Position numbers and translations under genes: made by a program. A model generated the notes under the pieces. That model was not told the DNA's origin. It saw nothing but the letters and a program-made list of their open reading frames with translations, and ran no database searches. This document shows, in pieces, positions 41,690 to 55,269 of a stretch of 64,000 nucleotides of DNA (positions are counted from its first letter, which is position 1; the number at the start of each line of letters is the position of its first letter). This DNA comes from Octopus vulgaris (taxonomy: Eukaryota): assembly GCA_951406725.2 (NCBI GenBank), contig OX597822.1:101246001-101310000 (forward strand), read 5' to 3'.

Positions 41690-42620
41690 TTTCCACCCTG
41701 TTCATTAAAAAGTCAACAACAAATATGACGTCATCATCCACTGCAATACTGCTTCTCAGTGTTTTCTCACGTTGAGGAACGGATGATAGTTAAATGGGAC
41801 CAAATTAGGAAGATAGGGAGGGAGAGCAACCTATTCAAAACCACAGCCATTCACAGTAGCCATTGAAACCAAGGACTTGTGTGCTGGAGCTTTATTCTGA
41901 TGAAATAAGATCCCCTTTCAACAGTTTTCTTCGGAGTTTGGTCTTGATAGCTTTTCGTAACTACCTCAGCAAGTCGGTATAGTACACCATTGATGGGATG
42001 GCCGTTTTGAAGGTAGTCAATAAACGCAATGCCTTTTGCTTCCTAAAAACTGAGGCTATTATCTTCCCTGCTGGCGAAACGACCATGACCTTATTTGGAA
42101 GAGGTGAGCTGTGGGTGTTCTCACTACATAGATTGTCTCTTTTTCTCCGGATCAAGGTGTTGAAGCCGGCACTAATTCGGGTTTTGGAAACGTTCAAGGA
42201 AACCCGTTGGATCTGCTTCAAATAGTGTCACATTTTCCCGCGCTGTGATCAGTCTGGTGCGTCTTGGATCAAGTATTAGAAGACGTGGCACCCGTGGAGA
42301 AGAAACTGTCCACCCCAAAATCATTGAAGAAAATATTCTTAACTCTCTCGCGGGATAAGCTAATAGAATTGGTTATTTGATATATAGAAAATCGCCTGTT
42401 ATCGGTGAGAATGTGGTGAACACGATCAATGTTCCTCAGTGGTAGCAACTGCAGGACATCCAGAATTAGAATCGTCTTCAAAACACTTTGTTCCCTTCCT
42501 AAATTCAGCTATTCAATTTTGCACAGATGATAAAGCTGGAGCGTCATCCCATAATCTAACAACGATGTCAGCATGAGAGTTGTTCGGGGTTAAACATTTT
42601 TTCTACTGTTCCATTTTCAA
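41690..42620 (-). mobile_element. Degenerate mariner transposase relic
   Basis: Minus strand PAGKIIASVF and FHQNKAPAHKS (HQDNAPAH) motifs; frameshifted. Confidence 0.75.
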
Positions 42621-43034
42621 GGGAAGTAGCTACTGATTAATTTTGAAGTCTTCTTTGAACATTTAGATGTCAATTGAAATAAAATTAACTACTAGCCATT
42701 GGATTTGGTTAAAAAGAGACGATGAGCGATGGCTAGAAGGATATTGAGCTTAACTTGATAACCAGCTGATCTAGCAAGCGGGGCCTCATATCAGTGAGGG
42801 TGGGGCGGTGCGCATTGATGCCGTCGAGAGGTAGGCCCCGAAACGGCGGGGCATTCTCTCCTGATGACCCCATACACTTGCTGGCTTCCGATATATGGAG
42901 CTTTTGACTGGTAGCACTTGCATGTGCAAGTTGTTTGCAAGACATCAAATTTTCACGTTCTGCAATTTCACGTATGCCGTATTTTTCTCCTCCGTTGTAA
43001 GGTAGAAGCAGTGATCGGTTAATGAAAGTTATCT

Positions 43035-43390
43035 ATCCTTAAATCCTTAAGAATGTTCCAGCCCGAAAGTTGCGGCCATGCTGGGGCCCCGCCGTTGAAT
43101 GTGCTACGCTAGTATATGTAACCACCTCTGATACGTGGCACTTGGCCAACAAGAGAGTTAGACGCTGCTGCTTGCATCAGTGTTTCCTGTCGAGAAGTAG
43201 GTTCATCTGGAACCCCTAACAAGAAGGGATCCAGTTTAGTTTTAAAGAAACCCACATCCACACCATTCACGTCTCTCAGGCAATTAGGATATTGAAGAGC
43301 TGTGGTCCCCCGAAACGCAAGCTGTTGCAGTATCTGGTCCTGTATTTTGATGGTGATGTTGGGATCTTTGGCACCATGCAGTGGCCCCCT
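43035..43390 (-). mobile_element. CR1/L2-group LINE 3' end
   Basis: FKTKLDPFLLGVPDEP..AAASNSL; tail GGCGGGGCCCCAGCATGGCCGCA ending in (TTAAGGAT)2. Confidence 0.78.
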
Positions 43391-43421
43391 GTATATATGT
43401 GTATATATATATTTGTATACA

Positions 43422-43462
<41 letters not shown>

Positions 43463-43680
43463 GTGATATATATATATATATGTGATATATATATATATTT
43501 TTATATATATGTGTATGTGTGTATATATATATATATATGTATATACAACATATATATATTATATATATAATATAATATATATGTTTATATATACATATAA
43601 ATACAAACACACACACATATATATATATATATATAAATATACATATACATATATGTATATATATATATATATATACAAAA

Positions 43681-43711
<31 letters not shown>

Positions 43712-44110
43712 TCTTATTATAAAAGGCAGATTTTATCTGCCTCCCTTTGGGAGTTATACAAATCTACAATATAGGATTTCTTCAATTACAATTTACCTAG
43801 CATTTTTAAGAGTACAATGCATCGCGTCATGCCAGGTCCAGTTTTTAAAATTTAAACTCCAATTAAGCAAAATTTACAGAAAACTCACATTCTGGTGTGT
43901 GTGTCAAATGCTTTTCTTAGTCTGGTTTACACCACACGCAAACGCACACACACAGTGGGCAACGAATAACGTGAAACTAGATGTAATATTTGTTTCTCTC
44001 TATCACGCTGATAGATACATGAGTAAAATGTATGGGAAGCTAACACATAAGTGTGAGTGAAAATGTTCTTGGAAGAGAGTAAATAGCCAGAGATAGTGAT
44101 TTGAGGAAGA
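43712..44110 (+). mobile_element. Possible Helitron 5' portion
   Basis: A|TCTTATTATAAAAG start like the other Helitrons; no 3' hairpin or CTAG found. Confidence 0.3.
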
Positions 44111-44191
44111 CTTTACATTAAATAACTGTAGTGGCTTGTGTTAGTAATAAAGTAAACATACACTCATACATACATACATACATACATACAT

Positions 44192-44224
<33 letters not shown>

Positions 44225-44258
44225 TACATACATACATACACACACATACATACATACA

Positions 44259-44290
<32 letters not shown>

Positions 44291-44580
44291 CATACATACA
44301 TACACACACACACAGTATTGAAGCTTGAGAACAATCAGATACATTTGCAACACATCTGTTGAAAATATTATTGTTCACACACATACATATACATATATAC
44401 ATACAGACAGACAGACAGATAGACACACACACACACACACACATGATCCAGCATGGCCACAACCTCAAGGCTGAAACATATAAAAGAATAACAGAATATA
44501 AATGTGTGCATGTGTGTGAGAGAGAGAGTGTATGTATGTGTATGTATGTATGTATGTATGTATGTATGTATATATATATA

Positions 44581-45010
44581 TAATGCGGTTTTTTCAACAG
44601 CTTGAACTAAAAGTCAGAGGGGAATGGGATAAACTACTTATATTAACTTGCTATAAAAGCAGGTAGTAATTTTATCTTGTCCTTATTCATAGTGCAAGTT
44701 TTGAAGAGTGCATTTCGATTTTAACAGCTATTTTTTTCAAAGCTATATTGGAACAGCCTAGAAGACGAGCCTCATCCTGAAAGATCTGTAGAACTCGACA
44801 AGGACATCCTGAAAACCCTGGTGGAACAAAATCTCATCGTAACTGTTGAGGAACTAGCAGAGAAGCTTGGATTTGGTCATTCAACCATTCATTGAGACCT
44901 GTGTGCTATCGGAAAAGTCAGCAAATTGGGTCAATGGGTTCCTCACGAACTTTCCGAGTCTAATTGCATGCAGAGAGTGAATGTATGCTTTTCTTTGCTG
45001 TCACATCTCA
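44581..45010 (+). mobile_element. mariner transposase N-terminal relic
   Basis: LEDEPHPERS..TVEELAEKLG..KLGQWVPHEL. Confidence 0.85.
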
Positions 45011-45030
45011 CCACTACTGCGCTATGTATA

Positions 45031-45667
45031 TCTATATATATAAAACTGTAGTTGTGTGAGTGTCTGTCCCCTTCGATTTAGATTCCTAACTACTCCCACA
45101 TTTTGCGGTGCAGTTTAACCAAATTCGGGTATCTTATAGTCGTGATTCATATCGAGCCCGTCTGAGTATTAGCGCGCGTCTACGATGAGTCTACGATTTT
45201 AAAAATAATTTAACATCATTTTTTATTCCATTTTAATGCATAATTTTTCGTGTGTCGATGGCGGCGGAGTTGGCGTCCACGCTCACACCTGCACCTGTGG
45301 GGAAGAGAGTGTAAGGAAATCAACGTCGTAATGCGTTGTCAAGGAGACCAGCGTTCTTTTAGAACAACGACTTCATGGCTTGAAGACACCAAAACAGAAA
45401 TGGCTAAGAAAGCGTCTACATGAGTCTACGATTTAAAAAAAAATTTACCATCGTTTTTTTTCCATTTTAATGCATTTTTTCGCTATTATATAAGGGAAGT
45501 AACTCTCTAAAAATGTCTACGATGAGTCAACGATTTTTCAAAAAATTTACCATCATCTTTTTTCCATTTTTAATGCATTTTTTGCTATTTTTTGGCTATA
45601 ACTCTCTAAAAATGCTTATATAGTTATTTCCCTTACAAACCCGAGCAACGCCGGGCGATACTGCTAG
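45031..45667 (+). mobile_element. Non-autonomous Helitron, longer variant
   Basis: A|TC..CTAG|T, same hairpin; extra internal segment at about 45245-45415. Confidence 0.9.
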
Positions 45668-46132
45668 TATATATATAAGAATGAGTGTTGGAAATTGGCG
45701 TCCATAAGCAACCTGTCTAAATAATTCTTTATCACAGCCATACATATATATAAGCCCCATTTTAACGGTACATAGAATAAGTAAGTGGATAGTATTTGAA
45801 TTGAAGGCGTCTTGTTATTTTGTAATTTTCCGGCTATGAAACTAATATCTTAGTTTTCATTGTGCTTAGTTGCTCACGCTGATGAGAGCATCCCTTCAAT
45901 TATTATTTGTAAAGGAAAGGTTAATAGTTTCTAAACACCCACTCACTCACACGGATTGTTATATCGCTAGATGAACATAAGTACATATATATATGTATGT
46001 ATGTATGTAAAAATGTAGTCTACGTTGTGTGTACGGACTTTCAACTGTACGAATGTGTATTTTCTTATTGATTGAAATTCATATCTATATGTCAGTCTAT
46101 GAATATCTCGATCTCTCCGTCTGTCTGCTGAT

Positions 46133-46374
<242 letters not shown>

Positions 46375-46899
46375 CGAATTTATCTTTTAAATTATCTTTT
46401 TGTCTACTCGTCTATATCTCTATCTCACTGTCTATCTATCCAGTTACAGAGTGCAAGTGTTGCGCGTTTGTATGTATCTGTGTGGGGGCGGAGGTTGTGT
46501 ATGCCTATTGTTGCCAATGTGTATACAAGCTATTAACCTTTCTTTTACAAATAAATATTGAGGGGCTTGCTTCATATGTCTATAAGGCTACTGTACATTG
46601 AAAGCTATGGTATTAATTTCATAGCTAGAAAATTACAAAATAACAAATATTCATTTACTATCTGGTTACATAGAATATACTCCATTAAGTGGATAGTATG
46701 ATATTGTATATATGTGATAAACAACGATTCACTTATTTATCTTTCTCACACTCTCTCCCTCTCATTCTCACTATATATATATATAAAGTTAATCCAAACA
46801 AGAAAACACAAAAAAACAAAAAAAAAAAAACACAACAACACGAGGACGTGGAACAAATAAAGTATTATTGGACGCTCAGGAAAGAAGGGAAGAAGGAGG

Positions 46900-46934
46900 G
46901 TTTAACGTTTCGAGCGGAGCTCTTCGTCGGAAAC
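46900..46934 (-). ncRNA. Minimal hammerhead-like motif in a ~230-bp PLE pLTR-like element (46786-47018)
   Basis: Minus strand GTTT CCGACGA A GAGC-TCC-GCTC GAAA CGTT AAAC; TA tracts on both sides. Confidence 0.68.
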
Positions 46935-47016
46935 ATAGGAGAAGGAAAGATCCCGAGAAGGGAAGACAGAGGAAAAAAAATCGCCAGCGGTACTCACGAG
47001 GTCACATATTGAAAGA

Positions 47017-47071
<55 letters not shown>

Positions 47072-47303
47072 TGTATATATATATATAAAATTTAAGTATT
47101 TATACATGTACATATACTATTGAGTATAACCTAAAGGCTTAAGGCTTTGCTGCATTCCTAAATCAAATGTTTTCACTAGATACAAGGAAACATGGAAATG
47201 TCTCTTTTATTTATCGTACAATGTCACTCATAGATCAAAAGAGGGTCCGCTAGTTTCAAGTATTCGTATATTTTCAACAGTACTTTACGTATGTGTGTAT
47301 GTA

Positions 47304-47360
<57 letters not shown>

Positions 47361-47363
<3 letters not shown>

Positions 47364-47504
47364 GCAGGAGTAGCTGTGTGGTAAGTAGCTTGCTAACCAA
47401 CCACATGCTTCCGGGTTCAGTCCCCTGCGTGGCATCTTGGGCAAGTGTCTTCTGCTAGTGGATTTGTGGGTGATTTGGAAACTGAAAGAAAGAAACCTGT
47501 CGTA

Positions 47505-47505
<1 letters not shown>
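47361..47505 (+). mobile_element. SINE family C 5' half running into a large TA/TATG expansion
   Basis: Head match; no 3' half found. Confidence 0.85.
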
Positions 47506-47555
<50 letters not shown>

Positions 47556-48100
47556 ATGTATATATATATATGTATATGTATATATATATATGTATGTATA
47601 TGTATATATATATATGTATATATATGTGTATATGTATATATATATGTATATATATGTATATATGTATATATATATGTATATATATATATATGTATATATA
47701 TGTATATATATGTATATATATATGTATATATATGCATATATATATATGTATATATATATGTATATATATGTATATATATGCATATATATATATGTATATA
47801 TATGCATATATATATATGTATATATATATGTATATATATATGTATATATATGCATATATATATATATATGTATATATATGTATATATATATATGTATAAG
47901 TATATGTATATATATATGTATATGTATATGTATGTGTATATATATATATATATGTATGTTTATATATATATATGTATGTATATTTGTATATAATAGTATA
48001 CATGTATATGTATACATATATCCATGTATATATGCACATATATATATATATATATATGTATGCATATATATGTATATATATATATACATATATATATATA

Positions 48101-48135
<35 letters not shown>
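47503..48135. repeat. Degenerate (TA)n/(TATG)n tract
   Basis: Direct reading. Confidence 0.95.
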
Positions 48136-48138
<3 letters not shown>

Positions 48139-48391
48139 ATCAAAATAAGCAACAAGAATGTTGCTTAATATATATATATTATCAGCCCTGTCGTTGAATT
48201 TTGTGAACATTTAATCATTTACTTCGCAACTTGAAATTGTTAAAATTCCATTGCTTATACCATCGATAAGCAAAAAGATGTTGAAACTAGCTTGGTACGT
48301 ACTTAAATAAATTTATTTAGAAAAAAAAAACGTGTCAAATTCAGGTGCATTTATTCCTGTTTCTTCCTGCGTGGAAATACAAGCCTCCTTT

Positions 48392-48392
<1 letters not shown>

Positions 48393-48426
<34 letters not shown>

Positions 48427-48510
48427 TACAGACACACACACACACAGACACACACACACATACACACACACACACACACACACTGACAGATACAGACACA
48501 CACAGACACA

Positions 48511-48573
<63 letters not shown>

Positions 48574-48666
48574 ACAGATACAGACACACACACACACAGA
48601 CACAGACACACATACACACACACACACACAAACACACTGACAGATACAGACACACACACACACACA

Positions 48667-48725
<59 letters not shown>

Positions 48726-48737
48726 ACACACACACAT
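48393..48737. repeat. (CA)n with recurring CTGACAGATACAGA motif
   Basis: Direct reading. Confidence 0.93.
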
Positions 48738-48868
48738 ATATATGCTGCATCATTCGGTGTAAATGTGTGCAGATTTGTCGCACACAAAGGTAATACCTTA
48801 CTCCATAAGCGCTGTTTTGCTTGTTATTTATCTGAAGCTGGTGGTACACAGGTTTCATGGTTTAGAAT

Positions 48869-48897
<29 letters not shown>

Positions 48898-48902
<5 letters not shown>

Positions 48903-49794
48903 AATCAAGGAACGGCCATAATAGGCCATTCACCCACTAGAAATAACAGCCAAAAGCTTCAACCGCAAAATAACATCAATTCCGTAGACCAGGAGAAAAT
49001 TAAAATTGGCTTGATTTAATTTAATCAGGTTAGTTTACCATTAAACAGTAGACGAAACGGTGCATCGTATAAGAAATTACAGGGTAAAAGTTTTTTTTTA
49101 ATTTTCTCCTGGTCTACGGAATTGATGTTATTTTGCGGTTGAAGCTTTTGGCTGTTATTTCTAGTAGGTGAATGGCCTATTATGGCCGTTCCTTGATTGT
49201 GATGTTGAACTTAAAAATGGTTTATGACTATTTAATTTTTTCCCACTAGGCCGCTGGTGGCAAAAGAATTCTACAAAATTTTTTTGCCACCCTATATTGA
49301 TTAATTATGAATTTTCTGGTTAATTCCGTAATGGAATCGGCGGCTTATATTTATTTGCTGCCGATAAATTGGGCGTGAGTGCGATGATTTGAAAATTTTA
49401 GGTCAGATATTGCCGAGGCAGGGACGGGAATGCCTCGTGAAAAATATCTGTTCCGACTTGGCTATTTCTTACTGATGAATCTAAGGGCCTATGGTAGATT
49501 GGCTTGATTTAATTTAATCAGGTTAGTTTACCATTAAACAGTAGACGAAACGGTGCATCGTATAAGAAATTACAGGGTAAAAGTTTTTTTTTAATTTTCT
49601 CCTGGTCTACGGAATTGATGTTATTTTGCGGTTGAAGCTTTTGGCTGTTATTTCTAGTGGGTGAATGGCCTATTATGGCCGTTCCTTGATTGTGATGTTG
49701 AACTTAAAAATGGTTTATGACTATTTAATTTTTTCCCACTAGGCCGCTGGTGGCAAAAGAATTCTACAAAATTTTTTTGCCACCCTATATTGAT

Positions 49795-49797
<3 letters not shown>
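48898..49797 (+). mobile_element. Retrozyme/PLE-pLTR-like tandem element: 1.6 copies of a 493-nt unit plus a 108-bp 5' inversion
   Basis: 49005-49304 = 49498-49797; 48898-49005 is the reverse complement of 49096-49203; (TA)n on both sides. Confidence 0.88.
49464..49570 (+). ncRNA. Type I hammerhead ribozyme
   Basis: Stem I ATTTCTTA/TAAGAAAT, CTGATGA 49472, long stem II (first pair A.C), GAAA 49547, stem III ACGGTGCATCGT, GUA cut after 49562; 3' half repeated at 49048-49077. Confidence 0.85.
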
Positions 49798-49851
<54 letters not shown>

Positions 49852-50529
49852 ATGTGTGTGTGTGTGTGTGTATGTATATATATATATTTATATATATGTG
49901 TGTGTATGTATATATATTTAAATATGTGTGTGTGTATGTATATATATATATATATATGAGTGTATATATATATATATATATATATATGAGTGTATATATA
50001 TATATATATATATTAAACAAAAAAAATTAACACCCAATTACTGAGATTTTAAATATTGGACTAAAACTTGGAACCTTTGACAAAGTAAATCCAATAAAAT
50101 CAGAAATAATTAGAGGCACCTGCTGATCAAAAATAATCTTTCTATACACACCTAATTTCTTTTTGTGAACAACTAATTTTCAGACTTATGACATAAGCAA
50201 ACACAACCAGGTATTTCACAAGCTTAAATTTGCAAAGATATAAAAGTAGTACTTGTATATGATATATGGTGCAGTTATTGAATGGAGTCCCATAAAACTC
50301 ATCAACTTAGTTAAAAATGGAGGAGACAAGTTGTTAAAATATATAAGAAGTTTAATACTTGCAGACGATCGTTTCGTACAGAGATATAATAATAATACAG
50401 AGATATAATAATAATGTAGATTCATGAGTGAATTAAATTAAATTGATTAATTATCAACGAACTCTTCAGTGCAGGAAGCAAAAACCATTATACCAGGAAC
50501 TTGAGAAGGAATATAACAGGAAAATTGGA

Positions 50530-51061
50530 CTTTTGTTAGCCGCTCTCCAGCCATCTATTTAAAACTGTATACAGCTATGGTACGACCACACTCGGAATTC
50601 GCATCATCAGTTTGGAACCCCTATCTTGCTCAGAACATCGACCTCCTGGAATCTGTTCAGAGACGTGCAACCAAACGCATACCCTCCATCAGACACCTAC
50701 CATACTCTGAGCGCCTTGTTTCCCTGGGCATGGGAAAACACCCACAAAGTTATCAACCACCTCACCAACAACAACACTGAACACATTTTTGATCTTCATG
50801 TGTCTAACACACGTGGACATGCCTACAAAGTCAGAAAACAACACAGCTCCCATGACTTTCGGAAACATTTTTTCACGCTCAGAGTTGCTGAAGCATGGAA
50901 CAAACTGCCTGCGTCAGTTGTTGACTGCCATGACATTGCATCCTTTAAGGCCCTCATGCTTTCCGAAATCCGCCGAAACTACACCTGATTATACATACAC
51001 TTTAGATGAGTTGTAGTGCACCTGAGCACTGTACACAATGTTTATTATTATTATTATTATT
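50530..51061 (+). mobile_element. CR1-clade LINE 3' end with (TTA)n tail
   Basis: VRPHSEFASSVWNP..LESVQRRATK..TRGH..FFTLRVAEAWNKLP. Confidence 0.88.
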
Positions 51062-52095
51062 CAGTAGTTTTATTTTTATAGCGTGCTTTCACTTCACTAC
51101 CGAGCGCAGCTCTGTGTGCCTTGGGTATGTGCTGTGATTTGTTGTGATGCTCTTATGGTTATTGTATGGAAAGTGTTCTGCGTAGGATGTGTGCAGTACC
51201 TAGTAGTGCAATTTTCTGTATGTTATATGTGTTTGTAAGTCCTGGTGTGTTTGTTATGTATTTGTCTGAATATTTTTTTATCATGCCTAATGCACCTACT
51301 ATGATAGGAATTGTTTCTGTTTTCAGATTCCACATTCTAGTTACCTCTATTTCCAGGTCTTTGTATTTTGGGAGTTTCTCCTTTTCTTTTAGAGACACGT
51401 TGTCATCTGCCGGTATTGATACATCAATTAGAAAGCATTTTTTTTTCTTCATGATCTCTGACAACTATATCTGCTCTGTTGGCCCTAATTTCTCTATCTG
51501 TGTGTATCGGCATATCCCAGAGTATGGTTGCTTTCTCGTTTTCTGTGACCTTTTCTGGTGTGTGCCTATACCATCTTTTTTCTGTTGTTATTCCATAATG
51601 TTGGCATAGCTTCCAATGTATGTAGGTTCCAACTCTGTCATGTCTGTGAATATATTCCTTCTTAGCCAGGACTGGGCAGCTAGAGATAATATGATTTATT
51701 GTTTCTTGTCCATCTCCACATATTCTGCAGTTACTTGTAATATTTCTTTTCATTACATGTTTTTGGTAATTTCTGGTAGGGAGGCTTTGGTCTTGTGCTG
51801 CAATTAAAAATCCCTCTGTTTCTGCTTTGAGTCCTGAGCTTCTCAACCATTGCTGGGATTTTTCTTTGTCTATTTCTTTTGCGTTTAGTTTAGTCCAGTA
51901 TTTACCATGAAGGGCTTTTCTTGCCATCGTTTTATCATGGTTCGTTGCTGTTCTATTTTTAGTTTGGATTTCATTTGTTTTATAGCTTTTGTTGTTTCTT
52001 CATCTTCTTCTTCTTCTTCTTCTTCATGTTTATTAGGTGGTATGATTTCTTGTTTGTATTTGTCAGCTTCCTTAAATACTGAGAACAGTTTTTTG

Positions 52096-52099
<4 letters not shown>
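51062..52099 (-). mobile_element. 5'-truncated R4/Dong-like LINE (CCHC + RLE) in (TAA)n
   Basis: ETEGFLIAAQDQ, CRICGDGQETINHIISSC, RHD, ANRADIV..LIDVSIP..KYKDL; TTA tracts on both sides. Confidence 0.92.
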
Positions 52100-52156
<57 letters not shown>

Positions 52157-52432
52157 CTATCCGTATGAGAAAGAGCTGCGTCACGTCGGATATTTAACCA
52201 TAATTAAGGCTTTCAACGGTTATTTGAAAACATAAGTAAAGAGGTATGACAGACGTTCTCTCTATAGATGAACATGGAAATTAGAAATTTTAGCTCCAAA
52301 TAAGTAACGTAAGGCAAATATGTGTAGGGCATATTTGCCCTAAGCTACTTATTTGGAGCTAAAATTTCTAATGAATAACCTGCCCTTGAAAAGATGAAAA
52401 AAAATAAATGATATATATATATATATATATAT

Positions 52433-52690
52433 ATCGCGGTTTCGATTCCCAGACCGGGCGTTGTGAGTGTTTATTGAGCGAAAACACCTAAAAGCTCCAC
52501 GAGGCTCCGGCAGGGGGTGGTGATCCCTGGTGTACTCTTTCACCACTCTTTCTTTCACTCTTCCTTCTGTTGGCCTGCTCGCTTAGCCAGCGGGGTGGCG
52601 TCATTCGAAGGCTAAAACAATGCGAAGTGCATTGTGACCAGCGATGTGTAACAACATCTGATGTTCTGGTCGGTCACGTGATCACGTGAT
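52433..52690 (+). mobile_element. SINE family A tail variant 2, 5'-truncated, in (TA)n
   Basis: Matches 2951-3240. Confidence 0.85.
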
Positions 52691-53188
52691 ATATATATAT
52701 ATATATATATAAGTAATGTTTGTTGCCACTCCAACGCTTCAACATGGCTGTTCTGTAGGAACCGACGTTACTATCATTTTTAAACCCAATAGGACGCCAC
52801 CTTACGGTAGTTATCGATGAAGTCTGCACGCGATATATATTATAAGCAGAGGAGAGTATCTCTACCATCTTCTAGTGACTTGACAGGACCATCTGACGGG
52901 ACCACATACGTGCACATATATGTGCATGTATGTGTATGCGCCTGTGTATATGTGTGTGTACTTATGCATTGTCATTTAAACATCTACAAAAATTTCTATT
53001 TGTACACTATTAAACATGCGTTCTCTTCATCATTACATCCATCAAAGCTGCTTCATTTCTTTCACAAGAAAATGCGAACTATTATCGAAATTGATATCAA
53101 TATATGTGTCTTTTTCTATACAAGGGTCAGTTTACATGAATACGCCTTATATACCCTTATATACAAATCTGTCTCTCTGCATGTCTTG

Positions 53189-53443
<255 letters not shown>

Positions 53444-53716
53444 CGCTCACATATGTCTATGAATGTATGTATGTATGTATGTGTCTGCCTACCCCCTCTT
53501 TCCGTGTGTGTGTGTGTGTATATATACACAAGCACACACATAATTCTAACATATACATGCGCCATGCATCTTCGTGTGCATGCATACATATGTGCATATA
53601 TCTATATGCGTGTGCGTGTGTTTGTGTGAATGTTTTGTATATGATTGTATGTATAAACGGATACATAACACACGTGTAAACATAGACAAACTCTTATTTT
53701 TTCACAAGTCTGTATA

Positions 53717-54098
53717 TCTCTCTATATATAAACGGCAGTTTGTCTGTGTGTGTTTCTGTGTGTCTGTCAGGTTGTACCCTCACCCTGACCACGGCTTTCA
53801 ACCGATTCTGATGAAACTTGACACACACATAGCCCAATGTCATAATTCAAAACTAACGCAGCGAAAATTTTGAAAAGTTCCCCCAGTTCTGAAAAAATCG
53901 ATAAATTCGACATGGGGTCGAGAATCAGAAACACAAACCACAGACTGTCTAGGGGACGCAACTCGACCTTTTTAACTCTCAAAAAAATTTACCATAATTT
54001 TTTTCCATTTTTTTTGCTATTTTTTGGCTATAACTCTCTAAAAATGCTTTATAGTTATTTCCCTTACAAACCCGAGCAACGCCGGGCGATACTGCTAG
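53717..54098 (+). mobile_element. Non-autonomous Helitron with a different 5' half
   Basis: A|TC start; last ~115 bp including hairpin and CTAG|T shared with the other copies. Confidence 0.87.
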
Positions 54099-54209
54099 TG
54101 TGTTTATACACGCATGATTTATTTCAATCTGTTATATTCTTATTATTAACACTGTGATGCTAGTAAAAATATAGGATTTTTCTTACCCAACTAAATAGTA
54201 TTATTATTT

Positions 54210-54592
54210 TTTTTTTTTACTTGTTTCAGTCATTTGACTGCGGCCATGCTGGAGCAGAGCAAATAGACCCCCCGGGACTTATTCTTTGTAAGCCCAGTAC
54301 TTATTCTATCGGTCTCTTTTGCCGAACCGCGAAGTGACGGGGACGTAAACACACCAGCATCGGTTGTCAAGCTATGCTAGGGGGACAAACACAGACACAC
54401 AAACATGTATATATATATACATATATACGACGGGCTTCTTTCAGTTTCCGTCTCCCAAATCCACTCACAAGGCATTGGCCGGCCCGGGGCTATAGCAGTA
54501 GACACTTGCCCAAGATGCCACGCAGTGGGACTGATCCCGGAACCATGTGGCTGGTTAGCAAGCTACTTACCACACAGCCACTCCTGCGCCTA
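54210..54592 (-). mobile_element. SINE family C
   Basis: Sequence match. Confidence 0.9.
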
Positions 54593-54678
54593 TGTATAAC
54601 TTTTAATACTATAATACGATAAGCTTTGTATGCGAGATGTGACAATCAACTCAACCAGCTAATAATATATGCTGGTAA

Positions 54679-54900
54679 TAAGGCGGAGAGCTGGCAGAAA
54701 CGTTAGCACGCCGGGCGAAATGCTAAGCAGTATTTCCTCTGGCTTTACGTTCTGAGTTCAAATTCCGCCGAGGTCGACTTTGCCTTTCATCCTTTCGGGA
54801 TCGATAAATTACGTACTGGGGTCGATGTAATAGACTTAATCCGTTTGTCTGTCCTTGTTTGTCCCCTCTATGTTTAGCCCCTTGTGAGCAGTAAAGAAAC
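54679..54900 (+). mobile_element. SINE family B
   Basis: TSD AATAATATATGCTGGTAA at 54661/54901. Confidence 0.92.
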
Positions 54901-55269
54901 AATAATATATGCTGGTAAGTTTATGTGTTTGGCTTGCAACTTTGAAGCTTTACGTTCGATTCTATTGCGAGGCATTTTCGGCCAAAATGTTTTTTTATAG
55001 AATTGGTTCAACCCATAATTTGTAAACAAAATTGAATAGACGGAAGTTGTATAGATCACTTTGGGTGATTTGCACCTGTAATGCAAAAGATACAACCTTG
55101 TCACACACACTGTTTCTTGCTTATACCTGAGACTTATTTTAACGATATGTGTTTCATTGGAATTACTCTAAATTCAAGGGCAGGTAATTCATTTGAACGA
55201 ACAACTAAATCTTCAAGGTCGAACGACAGAGACTCACTCACACTAAGTTAAAGTGCGATATACTGGATC

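Noticed and set aside
45879-45940. CTGATGAG possible HHR
   Set aside because: No correctly placed GAAA or stem I/III partner
53805-53820. CTGATGAAAC as a hammerhead core
   Set aside because: No stem II; part of the Helitron 5' region
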